Shown here piece by piece: positions 1 through 8,380 of a stretch of 24,000 bases of DNA (within the stretch, counting starts at the first letter, position 1; every line of letters begins with the position of its first letter). Origin of the DNA: Alishewanella agri BL06 (GTDB taxonomy: Bacteria > Pseudomonadota > Gammaproteobacteria > Enterobacterales > Alteromonadaceae); assembly GCF_000272005.1 (NCBI RefSeq), contig NZ_AKKU01000025.1, positions 67,493 through 91,492 on the forward strand, in the 5' to 3' direction. The translations under genes and the position numbers were made by a program. The notes under the pieces were generated by a model. That model was not told the origin of the DNA. It ran no database searches and worked only from the letters and a program-made list of their open reading frames with translations.

Positions 1-412
1 CGTCAGTCAGCGAGGACATACAGTCATCCAGTTTTACTTTTTCACGGGCTAAGCCGATGACCTCCCCCAACGGGATCTCATCAGTACTTTGATCATTAGC
101 CGGTTCAGAAATATCGACATGTTCCCACTTTACTCGTCGCGATTTCAGTAAATCCAAAGCTCGGTAGCGGGTAATACTGATCATCCAGCTCATGACGCTG
201 CCTTTTTCTGCATGATAGTCTGCCGCGTTGTGCCAGATACGGACAAAAGCATCTTGCAGCACATCCTCGGCCCAGTCATGCCGGCGGAGTAAATGCAAAC
301 TAACAGAAAACAACTTGCCCGATGACGCCTGATAAAGCTTGGCAAAGGCCTCGCGGTTGCCTTGAGCTGTCTCATATAACCATTGCAGCAATTGTTGTTG
401 TGATTGGTCCAT
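1..412 (-). CDS. RNA polymerase sigma-70 family ECF sigma factor, N-terminal part (3' end lies outside the window)
   Basis: Missing from the ORF track because it runs off the window edge. The reverse complement from ATG at 410-412 reads MDQSQQQLLQWLYETAQGNREAFAKLYQASSGKLFSVSLHLLRRHDWAEDVLQDAFVRIWHNAADYHAEKGSVMSWMISITRYRALDLLKSRR... and stays open to position 1. The DVLQDAFVRIW and SWMISITRYRALDLLR segments match the ECF sigma region 2 pattern. Region 4 would lie beyond the window. Confidence 0.8.
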   Translation of the reverse strand, partial: MDQSQQQLLQWLYETAQGNREAFAKLYQASSGKLFSVSLHLLRRHDWAEDVLQDAFVRIWHNAADYHAEKGSVMSWMISITRYRALDLLKSRRVKWEHVDISEPANDQSTDEIPLGEVIGLAREKVKLDDCMSSLTD

Positions 413-493
413 TTTCAATCCTTTTATTATCAACTGTGCTACAGGTACGACTGACGAAGTGCATTAGATGCAGTCTAGGGGCATTTCAGTAAC

Positions 494-553
494 TTATCCA
501 CACGTCTCCGGTACCGGTCTGACCTCTGACCGGTACCGGAGTGCTGTGGATAA
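494..553 (-). terminator. Long imperfect inverted repeat (26-nt arms, 8-nt loop) just downstream of the carboxypeptidase stop; probable transcription stop or structured element
   Basis: The left arm TTATCCACAcgtCTCCGGTACCGGTC (494-519) pairs with GACCGGTACCGGAGtgcTGTGGATAA (528-553). That gives 9 + 14 bp of pairing around a 3-nt internal mismatch, with loop TGACCTCT. It ends 5 nt from the stop codon at 559-561. No U-tract follows on the minus strand, so it is not a textbook intrinsic terminator. Confidence 0.45.
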
Positions 554-558
554 CTGGG

Positions 559-3249
559 TTAGCGCAGGGCGCCGGCGTTTGCGGCGCCGCGGAATACGGC
601 GTTGATATACAGCAGGTGCATACCATCGACGTAAGCGCGGAAGTTTGGCTCCTGGGTAAAGGCAATCACCTGGCCACGGCCGTGCGACTGCACCATCACC
701 AGCGGTTTATGGGCAATTTGCTGGCGGTTTTCTTCCCACACAAAGCCACCGGCCAAGAGATCTTTAGGGGCGGCGAAATTAACCACATTGCGGCCATCGT
801 TAATCCGCAGCGGCTGGTAAATATGGTTGCCAACATAGAGGCTGCGTACCTGTTCAGCGATACCAGCGGTTAGCCAATGGTTTTGATCAACCACGGCATT
901 GGCAATAAAGCCCGGCACCCAGTCCGGATCGGCCTGATATGGCTTTAACATCTGCTCGAACTCGCGGTATTCCGCCAACACCCGGCCTGGCACTCTTGCT
1001 TCGCTGGCGGGTTTTTCCTGCTCGCTGACCTGATACTCGCGCTTGCTGCTTAGCAGTGGCTTATCGCCCTCCAGCAAATAGCTGGTGGCATTGCCCAGCG
1101 TAATTAGTACACCGCCACGTTGCACAAACTGGCGTAAATTCTCGCTGCCGACACTTCCCAGTGCCTGCTGATAACTGCCAGCACCCGTCGCCGGTAAAAT
1201 CAGCACCTGATAACGGCTTAGATCGGCACTGCGTAGTTGCGCCGGGCGAATTGCCGTGACCGGATAACCGATACCACGCTCCAGCACAAAGCGGGCACTG
1301 CCGGCACTCAGTGGATTCGTCGGCTCATCCCAAAGCATTGCGACATTAATCTTTGGCACAGCCGGCACATTAAAGGAACCAAAGTTCGGCCCCTCCGTTA
1401 CCCAGCTGTTATCCAGTCCTTGCACTAAGGCGCCGCTTTGCTGCGCCAGTTGTTGTACCTTGGAGGTTAAGTCAGCCGGATTATCGGCACGGCTTAATAC
1501 CAGGGTGCCGGCCGGGTAACGCTGACCATTCTGATGCGTAAAGGGCAGATCACTGCTGCGTAGCGTTAAACCCTGTTGCAGCGCCGCACTCAAAAAGCGC
1601 GCCGCCGCCATATCCCCCCAGGGCACCACAAAGCCGTAACGTGCGTCCGGGTTACTGACGCTACCGGCGATCAGGGTATCCGGACCCACCACAGTGGTAT
1701 TAACCCGCGGTGCCTGATTACAGCGCTGCATTTCCAGGTTATACATCAATGGCAACGACCAGGCGGTAACATCGTAAATCTGATCCGGCAGGTTATTGGC
1801 GCGGCGCTGCTCCTGTTTCTCTAAAAAGGCCTTATCCATCGGCACCGTTTCATCGAGCAGGGTGCGCATTAAATGGTAACTCGGCTGATTGGTGCGAATA
1901 AGGTAGCTGCCCGCCTGATAGTCTTTGCCACAGGCACGAAATGCCTGCTGCGCCTGCTCTACTTTAATGCCATGCTGGGTTAGCACGCCCATCAGTTTCT
2001 GATGGCCGGCCAGATCGCGCTCGGCAGCAAAGATAAAACTACGCAGGCCATCTTTTTCGCCCTGTGCCGCCGCAGTTTTGCGGTACTGATAAAAGTTTTG
2101 CAGTAAGGTACTGGCCTGCTGGCTGGCCGTCTCCAGCGTGGCTTTAAAGGCGACAAAATTACGCTGAATACCATCGGCAAACGTCAGGATCTGGCCATCC
2201 TGCATCCGGTAATGATGGCCGCGTGCTGAGGCCATCTCATAAGTCATCGATACGCTGCCGTAATACAGCGGCCAGCTGGCGCCATAGCCCGGGTAAAAGG
2301 CATCGAAAATCTCGCGGGTAAAGTAGTGATAGCCCAGCTCGTCAAACCATTTGGCATTATTCTGGCCCACCTTATTCAGCACCTGACGCTGGCTGGCCTG
2401 AATATGCGGGTTGTAGGGCTCGGCCTCGGGGCTAAAGTAATACCCCATATCGCCGCCCATTTCATGCGAATCGACAAACAGCAGCGGATACATTTGCTGC
2501 AGTGCTTTAACGCGGCTGGCGGTTTCCGGCTGGGTTAACGAAATCCAGTCGCGGTTCATATCAAACAGGTAATGGTTGGTACGGCCATTCGGCCAGGGTT
2601 CGTTTTGCTCAGCGGAAAGCCGATCCGGCGAATGCTCCAGGCCAACAGTGGCATAGTAACGGCTAACAAAACGGTGATGGCCATCCGGGTTTTGCAGCGG
2701 GTCTATATAGACCAGGGTATTGCTTAATATTTGCTGGGTCAGGGCGCTTTGGTCAGCCAGTAAATGATAAGCCAGCGCCATAGCGGCATCGGCCGGGCTA
2801 ATTTCGTTGCCATGCAGGCTACCGGCAATCCAAACACTGGCCGGCAGGCTGGCGATCAGCTGTTTGGCTTCTGGCTCACTCAGGCTTGCAGGCTCTGCAA
2901 GTTTACGCATTCCGGCTTCAATGTCGGCCAGCTGGCTGATATTGCTGCTACTGCCAATTACCGCATAAAATAGCGGCCGGCCCTGCCAGCTTTTGCCATA
3001 GTGCACCAGCTTAACCTGCTGCGGATAACGACTGGCCAGTTGCTCAAAAAAGCGGGATATCGCCGCCGGCTCTGAAATGCGCTCGCCAAACTGATGGCCC
3101 AGTAATTCCGGCACCGGGCTGATATCCGGCCGGTAATCACTTTGTGGAAAATACGGCACCGGCTGGGCGGTGCTGATGTCAGCAGCTGAGGCAACACAAG
3201 GTAAGGCTGCCAAACTGGCAGTGAGCAAGCTGGTATAAAATAAGCGCAT
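559..3249 (-). CDS. Secreted M14-family zinc carboxypeptidase with a long C-terminal extension (896 aa)
   Basis: A single long ORF. N-terminal signal peptide MRLFYTSLLTASLAALPCVASA/AD. The Zn-binding H-x-x-E motif sits in WIAGSLHGNEISP, with a downstream FVDSHEMGG His ligand context, both typical of peptidase M14. The C-terminal ~350 aa (VLILPATGAGS..., GGVLITLG) resembles the class-I amidotransferase-like domain appended to some M14 enzymes. Confidence 0.85.
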   Translation of the reverse strand: MRLFYTSLLTASLAALPCVASAADISTAQPVPYFPQSDYRPDISPVPELLGHQFGERISEPAAISRFFEQLASRYPQQVKLVHYGKSWQGRPLFYAVIGSSSNISQLADIEAGMRKLAEPASLSEPEAKQLIASLPASVWIAGSLHGNEISPADAAMALAYHLLADQSALTQQILSNTLVYIDPLQNPDGHHRFVSRYYATVGLEHSPDRLSAEQNEPWPNGRTNHYLFDMNRDWISLTQPETASRVKALQQMYPLLFVDSHEMGGDMGYYFSPEAEPYNPHIQASQRQVLNKVGQNNAKWFDELGYHYFTREIFDAFYPGYGASWPLYYGSVSMTYEMASARGHHYRMQDGQILTFADGIQRNFVAFKATLETASQQASTLLQNFYQYRKTAAAQGEKDGLRSFIFAAERDLAGHQKLMGVLTQHGIKVEQAQQAFRACGKDYQAGSYLIRTNQPSYHLMRTLLDETVPMDKAFLEKQEQRRANNLPDQIYDVTAWSLPLMYNLEMQRCNQAPRVNTTVVGPDTLIAGSVSNPDARYGFVVPWGDMAAARFLSAALQQGLTLRSSDLPFTHQNGQRYPAGTLVLSRADNPADLTSKVQQLAQQSGALVQGLDNSWVTEGPNFGSFNVPAVPKINVAMLWDEPTNPLSAGSARFVLERGIGYPVTAIRPAQLRSADLSRYQVLILPATGAGSYQQALGSVGSENLRQFVQRGGVLITLGNATSYLLEGDKPLLSSKREYQVSEQEKPASEARVPGRVLAEYREFEQMLKPYQADPDWVPGFIANAVVDQNHWLTAGIAEQVRSLYVGNHIYQPLRINDGRNVVNFAAPKDLLAGGFVWEENRQQIAHKPLVMVQSHGRGQVIAFTQEPNFRAYVDGMHLLYINAVFRGAANAGALR

Positions 3250-3446
3250 AGGTTCCCGCAGAGTTATAGTGTTTTTTGCTTACCTTAGGCGCAGCAGGGC
3301 AGCTGCACAAGAGGCCGCACTGTGGATTGCGACCAGTGGTCAATTAAAAACGGCCATGGCATCACAGTAGTGAGCGTTATCACAAGGAACTTGTTACAGC
3401 ACCATTACTCCAAGTTGCCACTAACGTCAGTAAGCGGAGCAAGCCT

Positions 3447-3944
3447 ATGTTAAAGGTAAAACCGATGGAAAGAATCTTACAAAGCAGCCGTATTCTGGTG
3501 CTACTGACGATAGTGGTTTGTGCGGCCGCCGCTTGCTTACTGTATCTGAGCAGTGCGGTGATTGTGTATAACATTATTTGGGAAACTCTAAGCCAACTGC
3601 CCGATACCGCCGATTTAGGCAAAAGGCTGGCAGTAAAATTGCTGAAAGTACTGGATACCTTATTAATCGCATTGACCTTTCAGATTATTGCCACCGGCCT
3701 GTACCGGCTTTTTCTGGGCGATGTGGAAAATCTCGACAAAGGCTTACTCAAAGCCATGGATATCAGAAACTTCCATGATCTAAAAATTACCCTGATGCAG
3801 GTCGCTAGCGTAATTATGGTGATTCTGTTTCTGGAGCAAGCGGTAGAAGTCGGCGCTACGCTGGAAACCCTGTACTTCGGCCTTGCCATCGCCGTAGTGG
3901 TGCTGGCCAGTGTATTTGCAGCAAAGCAGATGCGGCATTCTTAA
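3447..3944 (+). CDS. YqhA-family (UPF0114) inner-membrane protein
   Basis: 165-aa ORF with three to four hydrophobic helices. The internal MERILQSSRILVLL... resembles the MERFL...SRW start of E. coli YqhA. GGAG at 3436-3439 lies 7 nt before ATG 3447. The alternative start ATG 3465 (MERIL) is also plausible. Confidence 0.55.
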   Translation: MLKVKPMERILQSSRILVLLTIVVCAAAACLLYLSSAVIVYNIIWETLSQLPDTADLGKRLAVKLLKVLDTLLIALTFQIIATGLYRLFLGDVENLDKGLLKAMDIRNFHDLKITLMQVASVIMVILFLEQAVEVGATLETLYFGLAIAVVVLASVFAAKQMRHS

Positions 3945-3950
3945 TGTGAG

Positions 3951-4020
3951 CCGGTAAATTTACCGGTTAAGATTGCGCTGACTGGGCGTAGCTGCTACAA
4001 AGACCTAAAGTAGCAGCGAC
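3951..4020 (+). terminator. Two hairpins downstream of the yqhA-like gene (possible terminator or operator region)
   Basis: A perfect 16-bp palindrome CCGGTAAATTTACCGG lies at 3951-3966. An 11-bp stem with one mismatch, GTAGCTGCTAC (3988-3998) / GTAGCAGCGAC (4010-4020), has an 11-nt loop. No T-tract follows either one. Confidence 0.35.
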
Positions 4021-4042
4021 AACAACGGCTTAGCTATCCTCA

Positions 4043-5737
4043 ATGAGCAAAACTATCGATATTTATCATCAGCAAGCTGAGCTTTTTGCCGCCCAGTATG
4101 ATGCGCTAAGTTTTGAACAGGTGCATCAGAGTTGGCAAACTTACTGGCCGAAAGAACAATTGGTGCTCGATATCGGTGCCGGCAGCGGCCGGGATGCATT
4201 CTGGCTGGCCGCGCAAGGCAATCAGGTTATCGCCGTCGAGCCTGCAGAGGATCTGCGCCGGCTGGGGCAGTTAAAAACCAGTGCCGCGCTGGCTCCCAAA
4301 GTGCAATGGCTCTCTGATAGCTTGCCGGAGCTGAAAGCGACCTATCAGCTTAATCTGCGTTTTAATACGATTTTGCTGAGCGCAGTCTGGATGCATATCA
4401 GTCCGTCAGAGCGGCAGCGCACCTTCCGAAAAATAGCCAACTTATTGGCCCCCGGCGGCCACTTTGTTCTCAGCTTGCGCTATGGCGACTTTAGCGATCA
4501 TCGGGTTGCCTATCCGGTTTCGGTAGATGAAATAAACGAGCTGGCCAGCAAATTGGGTTTAGTGCTTAAACATCTCTCCGCGCGAACTGCCGATGCTGGC
4601 GGTCGGGTTGATATTGCATGGCAGACGCTGGTACTGATGCTACCGGATGACGGTAGTGGCAGCCTGAGTAAAGTGCGGCATATCGTAGTTAACGACAACA
4701 AATCTTCGACTTACAAGCTGGCGCTATTACGTACCTTGGTGCGGATCGCCGAGGCGCATCCGGGCGCCGTTATTGATCGGCAAGATGGGCAGGTAGGCAT
4801 TGCACTGGGTTTAGTTGCCTTATATTGGATCCGCTTGTTTAAGCGTCTGGTCGATAGCGATATGCAACAGAACGCTGATCCGGCGAAAGGCTTAGGTTTC
4901 GTAAAGCCGGATGGCTGGGGCAAGCTTGCCAATCTCACTGCTGATGATTTCGCGATCGGTAACTTTTATACCGGTCAGGAAGCTCAGGCGTTGCAACAAC
5001 TGTTCGCGGATACGCTCAGCACCATAAAGGCGGGGCCTGTTACCTATATCTGGCAGGGCGAGAAGAGTAATCCGCTATTCCGGATGGAGCGCCACAAAGT
5101 AGCAAAACGCAGCCATATATTAATTGATCGCGATTTTCTGGCAAGTTTCGGTTGCTTTGTTTTAAGCGAGGATCTCTGGAATTGCTTCCGCCAGTACGGC
5201 TGCTGGATTGAGCCGTTACTGGTTCAGCAATGGATTGCCGAGATGCAAAAGTATCAACGTAATGCAGAACGGCAAATCTCTCTTGAAAGCTACCATAACC
5301 AGCTGCGCTGGCTGGATCAGCAGCATGATACCCGACTGGTGCGGCAGAAAGTTGCAGGACTGCGCAGCAGCGGAGCTCAGGTATGCAGTGTCTGGAGTGG
5401 GGCGCCACTCTACAGTTTTGATATTGACCACTGTGTACCCTTTAGCTATTGGCCAAACAATGAGCTATGGAATTTGCTGCCGGCCAGTCAGGCCGAAAAT
5501 CGCAAAAAGCGCGATCGGCTACCGAGCCAAAGCCGGATGCAGCATTGTGCCAATCATATTCAGGATTGGTGGCGTCAAGCCTGGCAAACCGACGCGGAAC
5601 AACAACGTTTTTTTATCGAGGCAGGGCTGTCACTGCCAAATATCAGCCCGGGTTGTCGGGATTTCGCCGAAGTGCTGCATGCGATGCAACTACAAATGGT
5701 CGGTATTAAACAACGGCTACAAGTCGCTGAATGGTAA
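4043..5737 (+). CDS. Fusion protein: N-terminal class I SAM-dependent methyltransferase, unassigned middle domain, C-terminal HNH (beta-beta-alpha-Me) nuclease motif
   Basis: 564-aa ORF. Methyltransferase motif I VLDIGAGSGRD, post-I VIAVEP, then ILLSAVWMHI and LLAPGGHFVLS (Methyltransf_11/25-like). HNH signature DIDHCVPFSYWPNNELWNLLPASQAENRKKRDRLP lies at about nt 5420-5525. I could not assign the middle ~250 aa, which includes KSSTYKLALLRTLVRIAE. There is no clear Shine-Dalgarno before ATG 4043. Confidence 0.8.
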   Translation: MSKTIDIYHQQAELFAAQYDALSFEQVHQSWQTYWPKEQLVLDIGAGSGRDAFWLAAQGNQVIAVEPAEDLRRLGQLKTSAALAPKVQWLSDSLPELKATYQLNLRFNTILLSAVWMHISPSERQRTFRKIANLLAPGGHFVLSLRYGDFSDHRVAYPVSVDEINELASKLGLVLKHLSARTADAGGRVDIAWQTLVLMLPDDGSGSLSKVRHIVVNDNKSSTYKLALLRTLVRIAEAHPGAVIDRQDGQVGIALGLVALYWIRLFKRLVDSDMQQNADPAKGLGFVKPDGWGKLANLTADDFAIGNFYTGQEAQALQQLFADTLSTIKAGPVTYIWQGEKSNPLFRMERHKVAKRSHILIDRDFLASFGCFVLSEDLWNCFRQYGCWIEPLLVQQWIAEMQKYQRNAERQISLESYHNQLRWLDQQHDTRLVRQKVAGLRSSGAQVCSVWSGAPLYSFDIDHCVPFSYWPNNELWNLLPASQAENRKKRDRLPSQSRMQHCANHIQDWWRQAWQTDAEQQRFFIEAGLSLPNISPGCRDFAEVLHAMQLQMVGIKQRLQVAEW

Positions 5738-5840
5738 GCCGCCATATCCTGATCTGGCACAAGCTTAGCGCGACAAAAATACTGGCACTGCCATAGCAGC
5801 AGGAGTAGATTAAGTTCGATATCGTTTTTGGTGAGTGTTT

Positions 5841-7430
5841 ATGACCGCATCCAAAGCAGCAACCGAAGCCCAGCCTGCCAGTACTTCGAAAACCACTACC
5901 CTAAGCCTGAAGCGGGTAGGTATTGATACCTACCGCGAAAACGTGGCCTATTTACACCGCGACTGTGCCATTTACCGCGCCGAGGGTTTTCAGGCGCTGG
6001 CGAAAATTGAGGTGCAGGCGCGCGGTAAGCGCATTTTAGCCAGCCTAAATGTGGTAGACGATGCCAGTATTGTCGGCTGTCAGCAGCTCGGCCTGTCGGA
6101 AGAGGCCTTTGTTAACCTTGGTGCGCTGGATGGTGAAGCCGTTACGGTATCACCGGCCGAGCCACCGCATTCTATTCCGGCGCTGCACCGTAAAATTGCC
6201 GGTGAGCGACTAAGCCGTGATGACTTTGCCAGCATAGTGCAGGATATTGCCGCCCACCGTTACTCGAAAATTGAACTTACTGCCTTTGTGGTGGCCTGTA
6301 ATCAGGGCGAGTTAGACCGCGAAGAGGTATTCTTTTTAAGCGATGCCATGAGTAAAGTGGGGCGCCGGCTCGATTGGCAGGAACACCCGGTAGTCGATAA
6401 ACACTGTATTGGCGGCATTCCGGGGAACCGTACCTCGATGCTGGTGGTGCCGATCGTGGCCGCGCATGGCATGCTATGCCCGAAAACCTCGTCGCGGGCC
6501 ATTACGTCGCCGGCCGGCACCGCTGATACCATGGAGCTGTTGGCGCGGGTGGAGCTGCCTTTTGACCAGCTGACCGACATTGTACACCGGCATCGCGGCT
6601 GTTTAGCCTGGGGGGGCAGCAGTGATTTATCCCCGGCGGATGATGTGTTAATTTCGGTTGAACGGCCATTGTCTATCGACTCGCCGGGGCAGATGGTGGC
6701 GTCGATTTTGTCGAAAAAAGTCGCTGCCGGCTCCAGCCATTTATTACTGGATATTCCGATTGGCCCTTCGGCCAAGGTGCGCAGCATGCCCGAGGCACAA
6801 AAGCTGCGCAAACTGTTTGAGTTTGTTGCCAAACGGATGGGGCTGGCGATCGAGGTGGTGATCACCGATGGCCGGCAGCCGATTGGCAATGGTATCGGCC
6901 CGGCGCTGGAAGCCCGCGACGTGATTAGGGTGCTTAAGAATCATCCGCTGGCGCCGAACGATTTACGGCAGAAGTCGCTGCGCTTAGCCGGCAGAATGCT
7001 GGAGTTTGACCCGGATGTGCGTGGCGGTGACGGTTTTGCTATCGCCCGCGATATTCTGGATTCCGGTCGGGCCTGGCAAAAAATGCAGGCCATTATGGCG
7101 GCGCAGGGTATGAAAGACTTTGACTCGGATAAGCCGCCGCTGTCGCCGTTAAGTTTTGATGTCGCCGCACCGCACAGCGGTACGGTAGTAGAAATAGATA
7201 ATGTGCAGCTGGCCCGCATCGCCCGCTCGGCCGGTGCGCCACGTGCCAAAGGCTCAGGGGTCGATTTGCTGGTAAAACTAGGTGAGCAGGTGGAACAGGG
7301 ACAAGCGCTATACCGGGTGTATGCGGCTTACCCCACCGAGTTAGCCTTTGCCCGCCAGGCTTGTCAGCGCAGCTTGGGTTACCGGATTGGTGCCCCTGAG
7401 TTGCTGCTGCCACTGCAGTTGGAGTATTAA
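5841..7430 (+). CDS. Thymidine phosphorylase family protein, type 2 subfamily (archaeal AMP-phosphorylase-like, with N-terminal extension)
   Basis: The ORF track starts at GTG 5835. ATG 5841 is preceded by GGTGAG at 5830-5835, so I prefer it. Diagnostic segments are [30 protein letters not shown] and [10 protein letters not shown]. About 530 aa versus ~440 aa for DeoA-type enzymes, with an extra ~90-aa N-terminal domain as in the type-2/AMP phosphorylase group. Confidence 0.85.
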   Translation: MTASKAATEAQPASTSKTTTLSLKRVGIDTYRENVAYLHRDCAIYRAEGFQALAKIEVQARGKRILASLNVVDDASIVGCQQLGLSEEAFVNLGALDGEAVTVSPAEPPHSIPALHRKIAGERLSRDDFASIVQDIAAHRYSKIELTAFVVACNQGELDREEVFFLSDAMSKVGRRLDWQEHPVVDKHCIGGIPGNRTSMLVVPIVAAHGMLCPKTSSRAITSPAGTADTMELLARVELPFDQLTDIVHRHRGCLAWGGSSDLSPADDVLISVERPLSIDSPGQMVASILSKKVAAGSSHLLLDIPIGPSAKVRSMPEAQKLRKLFEFVAKRMGLAIEVVITDGRQPIGNGIGPALEARDVIRVLKNHPLAPNDLRQKSLRLAGRMLEFDPDVRGGDGFAIARDILDSGRAWQKMQAIMAAQGMKDFDSDKPPLSPLSFDVAAPHSGTVVEIDNVQLARIARSAGAPRAKGSGVDLLVKLGEQVEQGQALYRVYAAYPTELAFARQACQRSLGYRIGAPELLLPLQLEY

Positions 7431-7433
7431 AGT

Positions 7434-8327
7434 ATGTCGGTATTTGTATTATGCGCACCGGATGAGGTGCAGGCGGCGAACCGTTTAGCCGACGCCGCCG
7501 GTTTACCGTTAATCAGTTATCAGTTGCATCATTTTCCCGATGCCGAGTTAAAACTTACCCTGCCGTTTGCTGAAGCCGTACCCCGCGAGCTGGTGCTGTA
7601 CCGTAGCCTGGATAAGCCTAACGATAAACTGGTGGAGCTGCTGCTGATCGCCCGCCATGCCCGGTTACAGGGCGTGCAGAAAATCTGGCTGGTGGCACCT
7701 TATCTGGCTTATATGCGGCAGGATATTGCGTTTAATCCGGGTGAAATTGTCAGCCAAAAGATTATCGGCCAGTTTTTAGCCGAACTGTTTGATGGCGTTA
7801 TTACTGTCGATCCGCATCTGCACCGCATCAGCGAATTAAGCGAAGCCATTCCACAAGGTGCGGCGATAGCACTCAGTGGTGCCCCGCGTTTAGCCGAGCT
7901 GATTGCCAGCAAACATAGCCGGCCGCTGTTAATTGGCCCCGATGCCGAAGCCCTGCAATGGGTGGCACTGGCGGCTGAGCACATTCATTGTGATTATGCA
8001 GTTTGTAACAAGGTGCGGCATGGTGATAAGCAGGTTGATATTGCCTTACCCGATATCAGGGTGCAGGGCCGCAACGTGGTATTAATGGACGATGTCGCCA
8101 GCTCCGGTCGTACCTTGGCGGGCGCTTGTAGCAAGTTATTAGCTGCTGGTGCTGCCTCAGTCGATGTGGCCGTTACCCATGCGCTCTTTGCCGGCGATGC
8201 GCTGGAGGTGATTAAGGCCGCCGGCGTTGGCGAAGTCTGGAGTACCGATTGTATCGCCCATGCCAGCAATGCCATTAGTATGGCGCCGCTGCTGGCAGCG
8301 GCGTTAAAAACCTTAAAACCTCTTTGA
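7434..8327 (+). CDS. Ribose-phosphate pyrophosphokinase (PRPP synthetase) family protein / phosphoribosyltransferase-fold protein
   Basis: 297 aa. The start ATG lies 3 nt after the upstream TAA (7428-7430), suggesting translational coupling. Prs-like motifs: FPDAELKL (cf. F-x-DGE), APYLAYMRQD (cf. PY-x-x-YARQD), VDPHLH (cf. VDLH), and the PRPP-binding loop VVLMDDVASSGRT. Confidence 0.8.
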   Translation: MSVFVLCAPDEVQAANRLADAAGLPLISYQLHHFPDAELKLTLPFAEAVPRELVLYRSLDKPNDKLVELLLIARHARLQGVQKIWLVAPYLAYMRQDIAFNPGEIVSQKIIGQFLAELFDGVITVDPHLHRISELSEAIPQGAAIALSGAPRLAELIASKHSRPLLIGPDAEALQWVALAAEHIHCDYAVCNKVRHGDKQVDIALPDIRVQGRNVVLMDDVASSGRTLAGACSKLLAAGAASVDVAVTHALFAGDALEVIKAAGVGEVWSTDCIAHASNAISMAPLLAAALKTLKPL

Positions 8328-8335
8328 GCTGCTCT

Positions 8336-8361
8336 CGATAATCAGCATTTTGCTGTTATCG
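8336..8361. terminator. Hairpin between convergent genes (possible bidirectional terminator)
   Basis: CGATAA-t-CAGC (8336-8346), loop ATTTT, GCTG-TTATCG (8352-8361), giving a 10-bp stem with one bulge. It lies between the stop at 8325-8327 (+) and the stop at 8381-8383 (-). There is no strong T-tract on either side. Confidence 0.4.
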
Positions 8362-8380
8362 CGTCAGTGTTGGGGTTTAA

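Noticed and set aside
541-873. 110-aa ORF on the plus strand
   Set aside because: It lies entirely antisense to the well-supported M14 carboxypeptidase gene, has a GTG start inside a hairpin and no recognisable motifs. It is a typical shadow ORF in GC-rich coding sequence.
5208-5768. 186-aa alternative-frame ORF inside the methyltransferase-HNH gene
   Set aside because: It overlaps the frame that carries the clean HNH motif, and its own translation is low-complexity and Arg/Cys/Gly-rich with no motif. It is most likely non-coding.
6302-6889. 195-aa minus-strand ORF
   Set aside because: It is antisense to the conserved core of the thymidine-phosphorylase-family gene, and its Ser/Arg-rich translation has no recognisable features.
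4043-8327. Calling the methyltransferase-HNH plus phosphorylase/Prs block a mobile defence island
   Set aside because: The window has no integrase, transposase, tRNA target or direct flanking repeats. Spot-checked composition resembles the neighbouring carboxypeptidase gene. The phosphorylase/Prs pair appears to be a widely conserved metabolic pair. I kept it only as a low-interest linkage hypothesis.
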